Part shown: positions 9,124 through 19,173 of the stretch, one piece after another
Position numbering within the stretch: the stretch's first letter is position 1
Layout of the letters: each line of letters opens with the position of its first letter
IMG/VR virus record: IMGVR_UViG_3300009008_000008
Span: 1 to 64,000 of that record
Origin: an uncultured virus (IMG/VR IMGVR_UViG_3300009008_000008)
Taxonomy: Duplodnaviria; Heunggongvirae; Uroviricota; Caudoviricetes
Length of the DNA stretch: 64,000 nucleotides
Reading direction: 5' to 3' (one strand)
Translations under genes and position numbers: made by a program
The notes under the pieces: model-generated
The model's database searches: none
What the model was told of the DNA's origin: nothing
Seen by the model: the letters and a program-made list of their open reading frames with translations, nothing else

Positions 9124-9376
9124 CTACCCATAAGCTTCCTGACGGTCCTGTTCCGGGGACCTCCACACACCAGACTCCTTAGGTGGAGAATGGTTATGGC
9201 GGGTTGGGAAGGATGGAGTAGGTCAATGGAAACCGGTTATAACCGACCTCGAGCTCGAAACATCCTTTCCCAAAGAGCCAGTAATGGGCCAAGCCCATGA
9301 GGACAAGGCGGGTAGAATATGGACATGGACCCCGACAACGGACGATAATATTTGCAGATGGAGGTACCTGAAATGA
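9120..9376 (+). pseudogene. frameshifted small gene with internal repeat
   Basis: ATG 9120 frame stops at 9182; the -1 frame (from about 9158) runs to TGA 9374-9376 overlapping the next ATG. Confidence 0.6.
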
Positions 9377-9939
9377 CTACCTACCCTTGGAGTCTTGAGG
9401 AAACTATCAGGAACCTCAAGAGAGGTTCCCAAAGTCCTACCCTAATCCAACAGTTGGTCGAAGCCTATGAAAAACTGTTGGGTAATGGCAGGCGCCCCTC
9501 TTGGGACCAACACTGGATGAATGCTGCTCACATGGCCAAGCAGATGTGTACCTGTCAATCCAGAGCTGTAGGGGCAGTATTCGTCCAAGATAAACGTCTG
9601 TTAGTATCAGGGTTTAACGGGGTGCCTGCCAAGTACCCACACCCAACAAGCTGTTTGCGTAAAGACCGAGGGTTCAAGACTGGCGAAGCTTTACACCTTT
9701 GTCCTTGTATGCACGCGGAACAAAACGGTATCTCCAATGCTGCCCGACATGGTATTGAGTTGAAGGACAGTACGGTATACGTGACTTGTATGCCCTGTCA
9801 GATGTGTATGGGTATGCTGGCAAACGTAGGCATTAAACGGGTGGTGTATGACGGGGAGTATCCTGCAGCCGAAACGAGGGATGCTATTGCCAACTATGCA
9901 AGCATCCAACTCCAACAATTAGGTGATCTCAATGAGTAG
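9373..9939 (+). CDS. dCMP deaminase (ComEB family)
   Basis: RPSWD, VGAVFV, SGFNG, HAEQN, PCQMC. Confidence 0.93.
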   Translation: MTTYPWSLEETIRNLKRGSQSPTLIQQLVEAYEKLLGNGRRPSWDQHWMNAAHMAKQMCTCQSRAVGAVFVQDKRLLVSGFNGVPAKYPHPTSCLRKDRGFKTGEALHLCPCMHAEQNGISNAARHGIELKDSTVYVTCMPCQMCMGMLANVGIKRVVYDGEYPAAETRDAIANYASIQLQQLGDLNE

Positions 9940-10885
9940 GATCTGGGACTGGATATGTGGACGGCCTCGCTGGCCTCCCAAGAACTGGAAGGGAACCAAA
10001 GTCAAGGGAATGGTGGGAAAGACCTACGGCCAATTAACGGTGTTGGAAGAAAGCCCTGAGAGGGCCTCCAACGGGGCTATAATATATTTGTGTCTTTGCG
10101 TATGCGGAAAACGTTTGGAGGTCATAGGCACGGTACTCCGGCGTAAGAAATGGCCAAAGCATCACTGTGGGTGCCTGAAAAAACCCAGAGTTGTGGTAAA
10201 GCAGGGACCGAAAAAAGAGTCCCTCGCCCAAGAGATCGTTCCTAAGTTCGATCTGCCTGCCATTAACGATGGGTACCCTATGCCTACCCATCACAGTGGG
10301 GCCAAACGACCTGTTATCCGAGAACGACCGGAAGAGACCCGTGTACTGGACACCACTAAGCAAAAGCTAGCTGTTTTGCAAAAGGTGACAGGACAAACCA
10401 CCGTCACCGCAGAGTCCCCTGTACAAAGAAAAAGACGCCAACAAGCCGTTTGGCAGGCCATGGAAAACAGGTGGAGGATAGAGAAGTCCGAGGACTTCAA
10501 AATGGGGATCAACCAAAACCATCGGATACGTCTCCACACGGAGCCCTGCGTAGCTTACTTTATGTGCCCAAATTGTGGGCAGTCCCTGGCAGATCAGTGC
10601 GACACAGGATACCCACAACTGCGACTTGACCAAATGATGGGCCCTTACCTTGAGGTTGTTGCCATGGGCAGAGAATCAAATTGCTGTAAGTTTGGTTTCA
10701 TGGTCCTGGTAGCGATCCAGTCTCAAGAGGATGGTACTCTTTTCAAAGGCCACAGCCGCCGTTGTCAACCGACAAGAACACCAACGATTACTGGAGCAAC
10801 AGGATGGCTCGAAACAAGGATAACACCAATTTACCCACCCGTGATTTTTATACATGCAGAAACTGTAATCAGAAGCTTATGTTAA
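9932..10885 (+). CDS. hypothetical protein with N-terminal Cys-rich domain (GKTYGQLTV...CLCVCG...HCGC); 3' end uncertain
   Basis: N-domain resembles the DNA-binding module of HNH/AP2 phage proteins; possible +1 shift at 10745-10747. Confidence 0.65.
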   Translation: MSRIWDWICGRPRWPPKNWKGTKVKGMVGKTYGQLTVLEESPERASNGAIIYLCLCVCGKRLEVIGTVLRRKKWPKHHCGCLKKPRVVVKQGPKKESLAQEIVPKFDLPAINDGYPMPTHHSGAKRPVIRERPEETRVLDTTKQKLAVLQKVTGQTTVTAESPVQRKRRQQAVWQAMENRWRIEKSEDFKMGINQNHRIRLHTEPCVAYFMCPNCGQSLADQCDTGYPQLRLDQMMGPYLEVVAMGRESNCCKFGFMVLVAIQSQEDGTLFKGHSRRCQPTRTPTITGATGWLETRITPIYPPVIFIHAETVIRSLC

Positions 10886-11007
10886 GCGGCCCTGAGAGGC
10901 GGCAGGGCACCAGGCAGGTATTCTTATACAGAAACCAATTCTCTCATAAGTGCGTCGATGGTAAGTACGGCATACTTGAACTCCAATACTACGAAATGCA
11001 GGGATAA
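10804..11007 (+). CDS. small zinc-ribbon-like hypothetical protein
   Basis: GGAG SD, CRNC...HKC; ends just before pyrE. Confidence 0.55.
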   Translation: MARNKDNTNLPTRDFYTCRNCNQKLMLSGPERRQGTRQVFLYRNQFSHKCVDGKYGILELQYYEMQG

Positions 11008-11010
11008 ACA

Positions 11011-11664
11011 ATGTTGAGTCCACTACGCAAACCCGAGTTTTTTCGTTTCTGCATGGAACACAAAGCGCTCCGTTTTGGAAACGTCACCCTACCATCTGGT
11101 ACAGTATCCCCTTATATCTTCAACCCTGGCGAGATTCTCAATGGGTTCGGGTTATCGGTCTGGGGTAAGTTTATGGCCGAAGGTCTGGACGCTGACTGGG
11201 GTATCGGTCAAGACTTTAACCTAGTGTGGAGTCCGACTGGTGGGGTTCCGCACCTCATTTCTACCGTCATTGGCATCAACGACCTCCACGCCTTTCGTAT
11301 GACCTACAGCTTTGGAGATGAACAAGGTTTCCATGGTGATCCTCAGATTTATGGGTCCAAGGTCGTCCTGTTGTTCGATCAGATTACTGATGGTAAGGAG
11401 ATTGAGGAAGCCCTGAAATGGATGCGTCCACATGGGTGTAAGCCTGTTGGTGTGTTGGTAGCCCTTGACAGAAGGGAACGAGTTCCGAATGGGCACACAC
11501 AACACGCGTCCATCATTGAGATGGAGGTTAAGACTAAGGTCCCCGTCAAGTGCTTGGTGACGTTTAACGACATGATCAGGTTTGTGCGTGAACAACTAGG
11601 GCCTGAGTCTCCACAGTACAGAAGCCTAGTCACACATAAAGCCAATCAAGGGATTGACAAATGA
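11011..11664 (+). CDS. pyrE: orotate phosphoribosyltransferase-like protein (degenerate motifs)
   Basis: ALRFG..TLPSG..SPYIFN, VGVLVALDRRE; PRPP loop reads LFDQITDG. Confidence 0.8.
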   Translation: MLSPLRKPEFFRFCMEHKALRFGNVTLPSGTVSPYIFNPGEILNGFGLSVWGKFMAEGLDADWGIGQDFNLVWSPTGGVPHLISTVIGINDLHAFRMTYSFGDEQGFHGDPQIYGSKVVLLFDQITDGKEIEEALKWMRPHGCKPVGVLVALDRRERVPNGHTQHASIIEMEVKTKVPVKCLVTFNDMIRFVREQLGPESPQYRSLVTHKANQGIDK

Positions 11665-12005
11665 AAATCTGGTTGGATGACGAACGCCCTGTTCCTGATT
11701 CCAGCTGGAAAGCCGTGCGTTGGCCCGAAGAAGTTATTGCCCTCTTGGAGCAACATGGACCAAACGTTTTAAAGATTAGCCTGGACCATGATCTTGGTGA
11801 CGTTGGATCCAACAAGGAACGAACAGGTAAACAGGTTCTCGATTGGATCGAGGAACAAGTAGTATTGTACGGGTACCATCCACCTCTGATATACGTTCAC
11901 ACAGCCAATCCAGTAGCAAGGCAAGTGATGTGTGATATAGTGGCCAGGATTTATGCAGTGGCCACCTTATTAATGGACAAAGGAGGCGGTTGTGAATCAA
12001 TATAA
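11661..12005 (+). CDS. cyclic-phosphate-processing receiver (cREC)-like domain protein
   Basis: IWLDDERP, ISLDHDLG, HTANPVA. Confidence 0.8.
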   Translation: MKIWLDDERPVPDSSWKAVRWPEEVIALLEQHGPNVLKISLDHDLGDVGSNKERTGKQVLDWIEEQVVLYGYHPPLIYVHTANPVARQVMCDIVARIYAVATLLMDKGGGCESI

Positions 12006-12294
12006 GAGGGAACCAGAGGTCCCGGCTTTCCCAACCTTTGGGCTGTATGCCTGTCATCTTTGTGATAAGAAATGGGCAGCCTCTGGATCAGATATGGTTG
12101 GTCATAGGGAGACATCCATGGAGAATGGCACTGTAAGGCATAATTGTCAGGATGGGGAACGTGGGTACGTAAGGATAACCAAGGCATGGAGGAACATATC
12201 AGACGAAGAAGTAGAATCCCTCCGATCCCTGTACTCCACCTATGGGCAGCAACAACACCAGTATACGCTGGATCTTGGTAGCGGAGGAATTTAG
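11992..12294 (+). CDS. hypothetical protein
   Basis: AAGGAGG SD before GTG; CHLC...HNC. Confidence 0.6.
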   Translation: MNQYKREPEVPAFPTFGLYACHLCDKKWAASGSDMVGHRETSMENGTVRHNCQDGERGYVRITKAWRNISDEEVESLRSLYSTYGQQQHQYTLDLGSGGI

Positions 12295-12351
12295 GGAACC
12301 TTATATCTGTTGGCAGGAAGTAGGAAACACATTCTTTAAACGGAGTAACAG

Positions 12352-13743
12352 ATGAAAATTACCCTTTATGACGGACAGGATTATGACCCCGAGACCTTGG
12401 CTATGTTACAGGCTTTCTATAGCCGGAGCCCAAAACCGATTGCCGATCGGGTTGCAGCCATGGAGAAGGACCCAAGACCTTTGATGGACCAGTACTATGT
12501 GGGGTATGGCCACCGTTCTATTGGTGACTGTGGAACCACTACGGTCTTCATGGAAGGTGTGTCCATGTTATTCGCCAAAGCCATCCAGGACTGGCCCCTC
12601 TACAGTGGGCAAGAAGGCTCGACCCGTTACATGGACTTTGGTAAAGGTGGTTGCGTCAATCCAGTAGGGTCGGCAGATGGGATGCAGATCCAACAAGGGT
12701 GGTTTGCCTTGTACAACCGTTATATGCCTCTGGTACGTGAGGCCTTGGCCAAACGTCACCTCTTCGAGTTCAAAGGGCAGGAGAACCCTGGTACGGCAAG
12801 GAAAGAGCATAATAGATCTATCAGTGCCCGGGCTTTCGACATTTGCCGTAGCCTCCTTCCATGTGGAACGCTCACTCAACTATCTTGGACGACAAACCTC
12901 CGACAAGCCAACGACCACCTAATGAGGCTGAGAGCACATCCGTTGGAGGAAGTACGCGAGACATCGGCCAAGGTGTACCTACAATTGGCGGAAAAGTACC
13001 CGCATAGTTTCAGCCCTGACCATTACGCTGGCGCTAATTTTAATTCAGGCGCGTTTAAGGGTGTGAGCAGCCAACAACATCTGGAGTACCACCAAAAGTA
13101 CCCTGGGATCTTCTACGGAAATCCAGAATTGGATACGTTTTCCAGTAACGATCTGAAAAACGGTGGGCTGGAATGTAGTACCGAACTTCTGGACTTTTCG
13201 GGTCTTTCCCATGCCCAAGGGGCACTGGAAGATCGACCTCGAGGTACAGAGGTACCACGGTATTTTGATCAATTCGGTGTCCTACGTTTTGGGTTCCTGT
13301 TGGATTTCGGATCCTTCCGGGACATCCAGCGCCATCGTAACGGTGTGATTCGTATGCCTGTAGTAACAAGAGCTTATGATCTCCACCCTTGGTACTGGGG
13401 TCAGTACCAAGACCTTTTGAGTGGGTCCTTATTTACAGGTCTATGCTCACATATCCAGGATCTCTTGGCGCGGGCGGAAAGGCTCCAAGCAGAACCTAGA
13501 GTAGAACAATACTACCTACCTATGGGGCTTCAGGTTCCAGTGTTTGTTACCTGGACCGTACCTCAATTGGCGTATGTGGCTGAGTTACGTTCGGGTCGTG
13601 CGGTACATCCAACGTTACGTGTAGTAGCCCATCGTATTGGGCAATGGGCGCAAGAAAACATTCCAGGTTTAAAGCTCTACCTCGATAACGAACCTGACGG
13701 GTTCCAACCTGTACGAGGAGGGCAAACCATCGAGAGGAAATAA
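12352..13743 (+). CDS. thyX: FAD-dependent thymidylate synthase-like protein (tandem ThyX type)
   Basis: GYGHRSIGD, STRYMDF, RSLLP, DFGSFRDIQRHR, ELRS...HP. Confidence 0.85.
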   Translation: MKITLYDGQDYDPETLAMLQAFYSRSPKPIADRVAAMEKDPRPLMDQYYVGYGHRSIGDCGTTTVFMEGVSMLFAKAIQDWPLYSGQEGSTRYMDFGKGGCVNPVGSADGMQIQQGWFALYNRYMPLVREALAKRHLFEFKGQENPGTARKEHNRSISARAFDICRSLLPCGTLTQLSWTTNLRQANDHLMRLRAHPLEEVRETSAKVYLQLAEKYPHSFSPDHYAGANFNSGAFKGVSSQQHLEYHQKYPGIFYGNPELDTFSSNDLKNGGLECSTELLDFSGLSHAQGALEDRPRGTEVPRYFDQFGVLRFGFLLDFGSFRDIQRHRNGVIRMPVVTRAYDLHPWYWGQYQDLLSGSLFTGLCSHIQDLLARAERLQAEPRVEQYYLPMGLQVPVFVTWTVPQLAYVAELRSGRAVHPTLRVVAHRIGQWAQENIPGLKLYLDNEPDGFQPVRGGQTIERK

Positions 13744-14021
13744 TGCAAATCGGTCCACCAGTTTTCCCACATGAAAAAGCGGAATGGGAAAAGCCTACCC
13801 GCATTATTCAACGTCAGGATCCGGATACTGGGTGGTTCATCACGATCCCTATGGATGAGTTAAGGGCAGGGGACGTATTCAGGCACTATGAACCTGACGG
13901 CAGGCTTATCGTGGATAAATATGGTCGCAGCCAGTTTATCACCACGGAAGACCCACGACCAGTGGATCCACATAACGTGTTTGAGTTCACCGTCAACATC
14001 AAACACTGGGAAAACGCTTAG
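13743..14021 (+). CDS. hypothetical protein
   Basis: TAATG coupling, GAGG SD. Confidence 0.65.
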   Translation: MQIGPPVFPHEKAEWEKPTRIIQRQDPDTGWFITIPMDELRAGDVFRHYEPDGRLIVDKYGRSQFITTEDPRPVDPHNVFEFTVNIKHWENA

Positions 14022-14027
14022 GAGCCG

Positions 14028-14306
14028 ATGATGACAGGAACCAGAAAAGACTTCGCGCCAACCATTCATTCTAAGGACTGGGAATCCGCCGACAATGAAC
14101 TGGTGTTAAACAAAGGAGAGGCAGGGGATGGTATTACTACGGGCTTTGGGGGTATCCGTATCCTGCGCGGTACAAAGCCTGATTTTTTGATCAGATTTAC
14201 CGAGAGTGGCCAACGCCAGCCAAATTATTGGCTCTTAAACCTTGGAACCACAAGAAGGTATAAACCAGGGCCACAAGTACCCTTCGTGTTAACAGAGCCG
14301 AGATAA
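14028..14306 (+). CDS. hypothetical protein resembling a short tail-fibre-type module
   Basis: DNELVLNKGEAGDGIT...GIRILRGT; AGGAG SD. Confidence 0.55.
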   Translation: MMTGTRKDFAPTIHSKDWESADNELVLNKGEAGDGITTGFGGIRILRGTKPDFLIRFTESGQRQPNYWLLNLGTTRRYKPGPQVPFVLTEPR

Positions 14307-14317
14307 GGAACAATATA

Positions 14318-14539
14318 ATGGATTCTGAACCCTTGCTCGCTCTCCTGAGAGAATGTAACAATGCTCTTACCTTATTCCGCAAAACTAAGTACGAGGGCAG
14401 TGACCTTGAGCTACGCGTCCGACGCCAATTAGGTCTCCCTATCCGGAGAGTCTCTACCATGGCTTGTACGAGTCCTACTGAAAGTTGCAGTCCAGGAAGC
14501 GTTGTTGTCCCACCACATATGAGACCAAGGAGCACGTAG
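14318..14539 (+). CDS. hypothetical protein
   Basis: AAGGA SD, in operon. Confidence 0.55.
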   Translation: MDSEPLLALLRECNNALTLFRKTKYEGSDLELRVRRQLGLPIRRVSTMACTSPTESCSPGSVVVPPHMRPRST

Positions 14540-14540
14540 C

Positions 14541-15065
14541 ATGATTTTCGGACGCCAGGACTATAACCGCCGGATTGTGGATAAAGCTGGTTTAATCCCC
14601 GAGGATGAACCGGTATTCTTGATTCGAGGGCAGGATCCAGTAGCTGTAAAGGTGGTAAAATACTGGGCTCAAGTCACTGCCAACCGAAACCGGGGACCTT
14701 CTGATGTAACCCAGAACGCTCTCCAACAAGCAGAAAGGATTGTTCTCTGGGCCAACAAAAAGCCGGTGGATATACCCACACCAGAACCAGAGGAAGACCT
14801 ATCCTATCTGGAACCATTCTCCACTGATGGGTGTTCAATGTTTCCGGATGGTAAGTGGAGAGAGTGTTGTGTGGAACATGACAAGGCATATTGGAAAGGT
14901 GACCCCGAGGATAAAGAGGGTCGCCGCAAAGCAGACTTAGAATTGATGGCGTGTGTTGCCAGGAAGGGATACCCCTTCACCGCGTTCATCATGTACGTGG
15001 GAGTTAGAATAGGTGGGAGTTCCTGGTGGCCCACCTCTTGGCGTTGGGGTTACGGGAGAAAATGA
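14541..15065 (+). CDS. two-domain protein: DEPVFLIRGQD domain plus phospholipase A2-like C-domain
   Basis: TDGCS...CCVEHDKAY...ADLELMACV. Confidence 0.6.
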   Translation: MIFGRQDYNRRIVDKAGLIPEDEPVFLIRGQDPVAVKVVKYWAQVTANRNRGPSDVTQNALQQAERIVLWANKKPVDIPTPEPEEDLSYLEPFSTDGCSMFPDGKWRECCVEHDKAYWKGDPEDKEGRRKADLELMACVARKGYPFTAFIMYVGVRIGGSSWWPTSWRWGYGRK

Positions 15066-15523
15066 AGACAACGACGAAGGTACAACATTTGGTAGTAGTA
15101 CCCTACCGATTTAAGGACGAAGCCCTTGAATTCCTCGTCTGTATTGAGGACCATCCAGTGTGCGAGGTAGAACCTCTCTGTGCTATCCTCAAGGAGTTGG
15201 AACCCTCAGATTCTTGTACCCGCGAGGTAGCCCTGTCCACGTTTGACACGATGGGCTATGACTTCCCGATCGAGGCCATGATTCCTCTTGGTAAATGTTG
15301 GTTGTCCAAAACAGAAACAACCATCTGCCATTTATACACGGTTAACCTGACCGACAAAACCCCAGTTTCAAAAGGGGACTGTAAATGGATATCAGAAAAG
15401 TCGGTCGTGGCATCGCCCGACCCTTTGGTACACATTACAATCAATAAATTGCGGAACCTACCACCAGGAGTAAAAGGAGATGATTCGCTGGTTGAAGAAG
15501 ACGGTCAGGAGCCGATTATCTGA
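15062..15523 (+). CDS. degenerate Nudix-fold-like protein
   Basis: VVVPYR...FLV, helix at the Nudix-box position lacking REUxEE, CKWIS. Confidence 0.45.
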   Translation: MKTTTKVQHLVVVPYRFKDEALEFLVCIEDHPVCEVEPLCAILKELEPSDSCTREVALSTFDTMGYDFPIEAMIPLGKCWLSKTETTICHLYTVNLTDKTPVSKGDCKWISEKSVVASPDPLVHITINKLRNLPPGVKGDDSLVEEDGQEPII

Positions 15524-15818
15524 CCGACGACCCAAGGTGATTGAAGACTGGTGTCAACAATTTGGCATCGCATTAGTGACCCAATACCACATGCCCTTTC
15601 ATTGTGGTCAACTGGCACAATTAGCCTACTCCTCAATACCAAACAAGAGCTGCAGTAGCCTAGTGTGCTCGAACTGTGGTCTGCAATTAACGCAGGTCGA
15701 GAACAACCTGTGGATGTTGAAACACCGACCTACTGTTAAGAAAGTGCGTCCAAACCCTGACCAGGAAGAATTACACCAGATGGCTATGGCATACTTCCCC
15801 TATGAAGAACAATATTGA
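15480..15818 (+). CDS. hypothetical protein with HCG...CSNC
   Basis: AGGAG SD, fills the operon. Confidence 0.6.
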   Translation: MIRWLKKTVRSRLSDRRPKVIEDWCQQFGIALVTQYHMPFHCGQLAQLAYSSIPNKSCSSLVCSNCGLQLTQVENNLWMLKHRPTVKKVRPNPDQEELHQMAMAYFPYEEQY

Positions 15819-15836
15819 CCATTAGGAGCCGATTTA

Positions 15837-17987
15837 ATGGATTACCAACCCGCATCTCAAGATACCATTGAGAAGAAATACCTGCTTCGAGACCACCAGA
15901 ACCGACCAGTAGAAGACATACCAGGCCTTCACTTCAGGGTAGCCAAGGCATTGGCGGGCCAAGAGACAGAAGACAAGAAAGACTACTGGGAAGAACGGTT
16001 TCTCTGGGCTCTTGAAAACGGTGCAGTTCCCGGTGGAAGGATTATTGCCAACGCAGGCGCCCAAGACTACAAACCAGCTACGTCCCTCATCAATTGCACG
16101 ATGAGTGGGACTATCCTGGATGATATGGATTCTATTCTATCATTGGTCCGTGAAGCGGGATTAACCCTCAAGGCTGGGTGTGGAATCGGATACGACTGGA
16201 GTTGCTTGCGACCATCAGGGGCCTTTGTCGGAGGGGCAGGCGCCTACACCAGCGGGCCCATATCTTTCATGCACATTTATGACAGTATGTGCCGCACTAT
16301 CAGCTCTGCAGGGGACCGCCGAGGAGCCCAGATGGCGACCATGGATATCCGGCACCCCGACATTGAAGCCTACATCCGTGCCAAGCGGGAGCCTGGTGTC
16401 CTAACACAGTTTAACCTGTCTGTGTTGTTTACACAGGACTTCATGCAGGCAGTTGAAGAAGACAAAGACTGGAACCTGATTTTTCCTGTTCATTCTGGAG
16501 AATGGTGGGACCAAGAATACTTAGGTACTTGTGCCGTTGACAGAGATCCCCCACCCCCTATCGAATACGACTGGGTATGGGCACACTGGCCGGGCACGGA
16601 AGACCATCCCCATAAAAACCGGAATGGTGGGGGGACCGTCCCATGTAAGATTTACCGAATGATTAGGGCCCGTGACCTATGGCAAACGGTCATGCAGTCT
16701 GCCTATGACTTTGCAGAGCCAGGATTTATGCTGGTTGACAGACTGAACGACCAGAACAACCTGTGGTGGTTGGAAGAAATCCGTGGAACCAACCCATGTG
16801 GAGAACAACCCTTGCCGCCGTATGGTGCCTGCCTGTTGGGATCCATCCTCTTGACAATGTTTGTAGACAACCCATTCACTGACAAAGCTACGTTTAACTT
16901 TGAAGGGTTCAAGGAGGTAGTACGGGTATTCACTCGTATGTTGGACAACGTGGTGGACATCTCTGGGCTCCCGTTGGAGAAACAGCGAGAAGAAATTCTC
17001 GCCAAACGTAGGCATGGTATGGGGTTTATGGGTCTGGGTTCTGCTTTAGCTATGATGGGTGTTCCTTACGGATCGGAAAAAGCCCAGGCTTTCACCGAGG
17101 AGGTTGCCAAGACAATGGCAATCACTGGGTGGGAAGTAGGGGTAGAGCTGGCGAAAGAGAAGGGCGTGGCCCCTGTGCTGGACCAGGAATATGAAATCAC
17201 TGCCGAAATACGTCATCGGCTGAAAGATTACCTAGGTGGGGATTTACGAATAGGGGACAAAGTAAACGGCTCTCTTTTACTTGCATATGGGTCCCGATAC
17301 CTGGCCCAGTTCCCAAAGGAACTCAGGGCCGCCATTGAAAACCACGGATCTCGGTTTACCCACCACACGTCCATCGCACCAACAGGGACCATCAGTTTAG
17401 GGTTTGGTAACAATTGTTCAAACGGTATCGAGCCAACGTTTGCCCAACGATATGGTCGCAACATCACGCAACCAGATGGGTCCAAGAAGAAGGTGAAGGT
17501 ATACTCAGCAGAGTTGATGGCGTATGCTAAATACATGACACGATCCAGAGGTGACGCGGTTTATGAACCTGATGACCTCCTGGACTACCCCAACGAGGTA
17601 GGAAACAAGCTACCGAAAGGATTCGTTGACACCGCTACCATTACGCCGGAACAACACTTGCGGATGCAGGCAGCAGCCCAAAAGTGGGTGGACTCCAGTA
17701 TATCCAAGACCATCAACGTACCAGAAGACTTTCCGTTCGAGGACTTTAAGGGTGCGTATTTGTTGGCCCACCAACTAGGCCTAAAGGGTTGTACCATGTA
17801 CCGCCCGAACCCAGACCGTGGTGAGGCTATACTGGTGCGTGAAGAGGAGACTCCGGCTATCATTGTGTTTGAGACAGAAGCCGGACCAGTAGAGGTACCA
17901 CGAAACCAGATGATCGACTACCAAGGTGAGCAAGTATTGGCCCAGGAATTGTGGCAACGCCTGCGACAAGAAACCCAAACAACATGA
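15837..17987 (+). CDS. nrdJa: class II (AdoCbl) ribonucleotide reductase, catalytic subunit NrdJa
   Basis: PGGRI, SLINC, RRGAQM, TNPCGEQPLPPYGACLLGS, IAPTGT, SISKTIN, KGCTMYR; lacks the TSCPD tail. Confidence 0.95.
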   Translation: MDYQPASQDTIEKKYLLRDHQNRPVEDIPGLHFRVAKALAGQETEDKKDYWEERFLWALENGAVPGGRIIANAGAQDYKPATSLINCTMSGTILDDMDSILSLVREAGLTLKAGCGIGYDWSCLRPSGAFVGGAGAYTSGPISFMHIYDSMCRTISSAGDRRGAQMATMDIRHPDIEAYIRAKREPGVLTQFNLSVLFTQDFMQAVEEDKDWNLIFPVHSGEWWDQEYLGTCAVDRDPPPPIEYDWVWAHWPGTEDHPHKNRNGGGTVPCKIYRMIRARDLWQTVMQSAYDFAEPGFMLVDRLNDQNNLWWLEEIRGTNPCGEQPLPPYGACLLGSILLTMFVDNPFTDKATFNFEGFKEVVRVFTRMLDNVVDISGLPLEKQREEILAKRRHGMGFMGLGSALAMMGVPYGSEKAQAFTEEVAKTMAITGWEVGVELAKEKGVAPVLDQEYEITAEIRHRLKDYLGGDLRIGDKVNGSLLLAYGSRYLAQFPKELRAAIENHGSRFTHHTSIAPTGTISLGFGNNCSNGIEPTFAQRYGRNITQPDGSKKKVKVYSAELMAYAKYMTRSRGDAVYEPDDLLDYPNEVGNKLPKGFVDTATITPEQHLRMQAAAQKWVDSSISKTINVPEDFPFEDFKGAYLLAHQLGLKGCTMYRPNPDRGEAILVREEETPAIIVFETEAGPVEVPRNQMIDYQGEQVLAQELWQRLRQETQTT

Positions 17988-18008
17988 CCTGTTTGATAAG
18001 GAAGTAGC

Positions 18009-18233
18009 ATGGTGTCATTTATACAACGGTGTACCCATCGTGAATGTCCTGATGGTAAGGTAGGGGAGCCCGCGTCTTATGTTGTTTGTCAAAGATGTTG
18101 GAGGGGGTCCATTTGCCGTACATGTAAATACGCGGAAGACAGACCATACGTGAATCGTTGTACCACGGCACTAGCTTTGGTACTGTCAGGACTAGGGATT
18201 CACCTTTTAATTACATTGGGTACATCCCTTTAA
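18009..18233 (+). CDS. small Cys-rich protein with C-terminal TM
   Basis: AAGGA SD; CxxC pairs. Confidence 0.5.
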   Translation: MVSFIQRCTHRECPDGKVGEPASYVVCQRCWRGSICRTCKYAEDRPYVNRCTTALALVLSGLGIHLLITLGTSL

Positions 18234-18252
18234 CGTAACCAAGAGGGCCGAC

Positions 18253-19173
18253 ATGGATAATACAGAACGACCAACCGGTAATTTGGCACAACAAGCGGAG
18301 GGCATGTCTTTCCGCCTCCCAGACCTGATCAACCAACGAGGTCAGATTGTACCGCGTAACAAGAGTGAGGAGGTAGAACTCCAACAGCTCTACAAAGCGT
18401 TCGGTGTAGAACCCCTTGGCAAGAAATACCGCAAACGCCAGGAAGCCATCAACAAAGTCGAGAAGGACATGCCGATCCTGGCCTGTACGATTGTTTCTGT
18501 TGGTCAAGCAATGACCATCAAGGGCATCTGTCGGTTGGTAAACAAGCAAGACTTATGGCCCCTCTACCAACGGATGAAAACCAACCGTGAGAAGGTACGC
18601 ATCCAACAAGAACAAGAACTGGTGATAAAGCAGCAGCAAGCGGCTTTGGCCAAGCATCGCCAGAAACAAGGTACGACACAGATTCCTGAAGGCATCCCTG
18701 TGAAAGAGGGTGACGGGGTTGTCAGTATTAGTTTGGACCAACCCATCATGCCACAGGCAGACGAGCCCCTCGAGTTTGAGGACCAAGAGGGATTACCAGA
18801 GGAACCGACACCCGAAGAGTTGAAGCAACTTGTAGGAGAAACCTTGGGTATGAATCCTGACGAGGTTGTTCTACCGATAGAGCCTGAAGGTATTGCGGAG
18901 GAAGATCCAGGTGAGGTAGTTGAGTTCGCCGACAAGATGGGCACCCAAGACACCATAGAGATAGAGATGGATGGTAATGACGTGTCTGGCCAGGAATTCG
19001 GTCAGGATGTTCCACCTGTGTCGTTGGAGACTCCTGTAGATCCAGAACCTCTTAAAAAGGTGACGGTCGAAGAGGTGGCACCCGCCGTAACCATCACACG
19101 ACCTGGCGAAGAGGCCAAACAATTTCCTGATGCCTCCAGCAACCAAGCTGTTCAGTGGGGTACACCGAAATGA
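18253..19173 (+). CDS. hypothetical protein with acidic disordered C-terminus
   Basis: 306-aa ORF, GAGGG SD. Confidence 0.75.
   Translation: MDNTERPTGNLAQQAEGMSFRLPDLINQRGQIVPRNKSEEVELQQLYKAFGVEPLGKKYRKRQEAINKVEKDMPILACTIVSVGQAMTIKGICRLVNKQDLWPLYQRMKTNREKVRIQQEQELVIKQQQAALAKHRQKQGTTQIPEGIPVKEGDGVVSISLDQPIMPQADEPLEFEDQEGLPEEPTPEELKQLVGETLGMNPDEVVLPIEPEGIAEEDPGEVVEFADKMGTQDTIEIEMDGNDVSGQEFGQDVPPVSLETPVDPEPLKKVTVEEVAPAVTITRPGEEAKQFPDASSNQAVQWGTPK

Noticed and set aside
9932..10200. HNH/AP2 homing endonuclease
   Set aside because: Only the Cys-rich N-terminal module is present; no HNH catalytic motif follows.
15378..15388. ACTGTAAATG copy as a promoter
   Set aside because: It lies mid-gene (GDCKW codons) and is not an exact match, so it was not counted.
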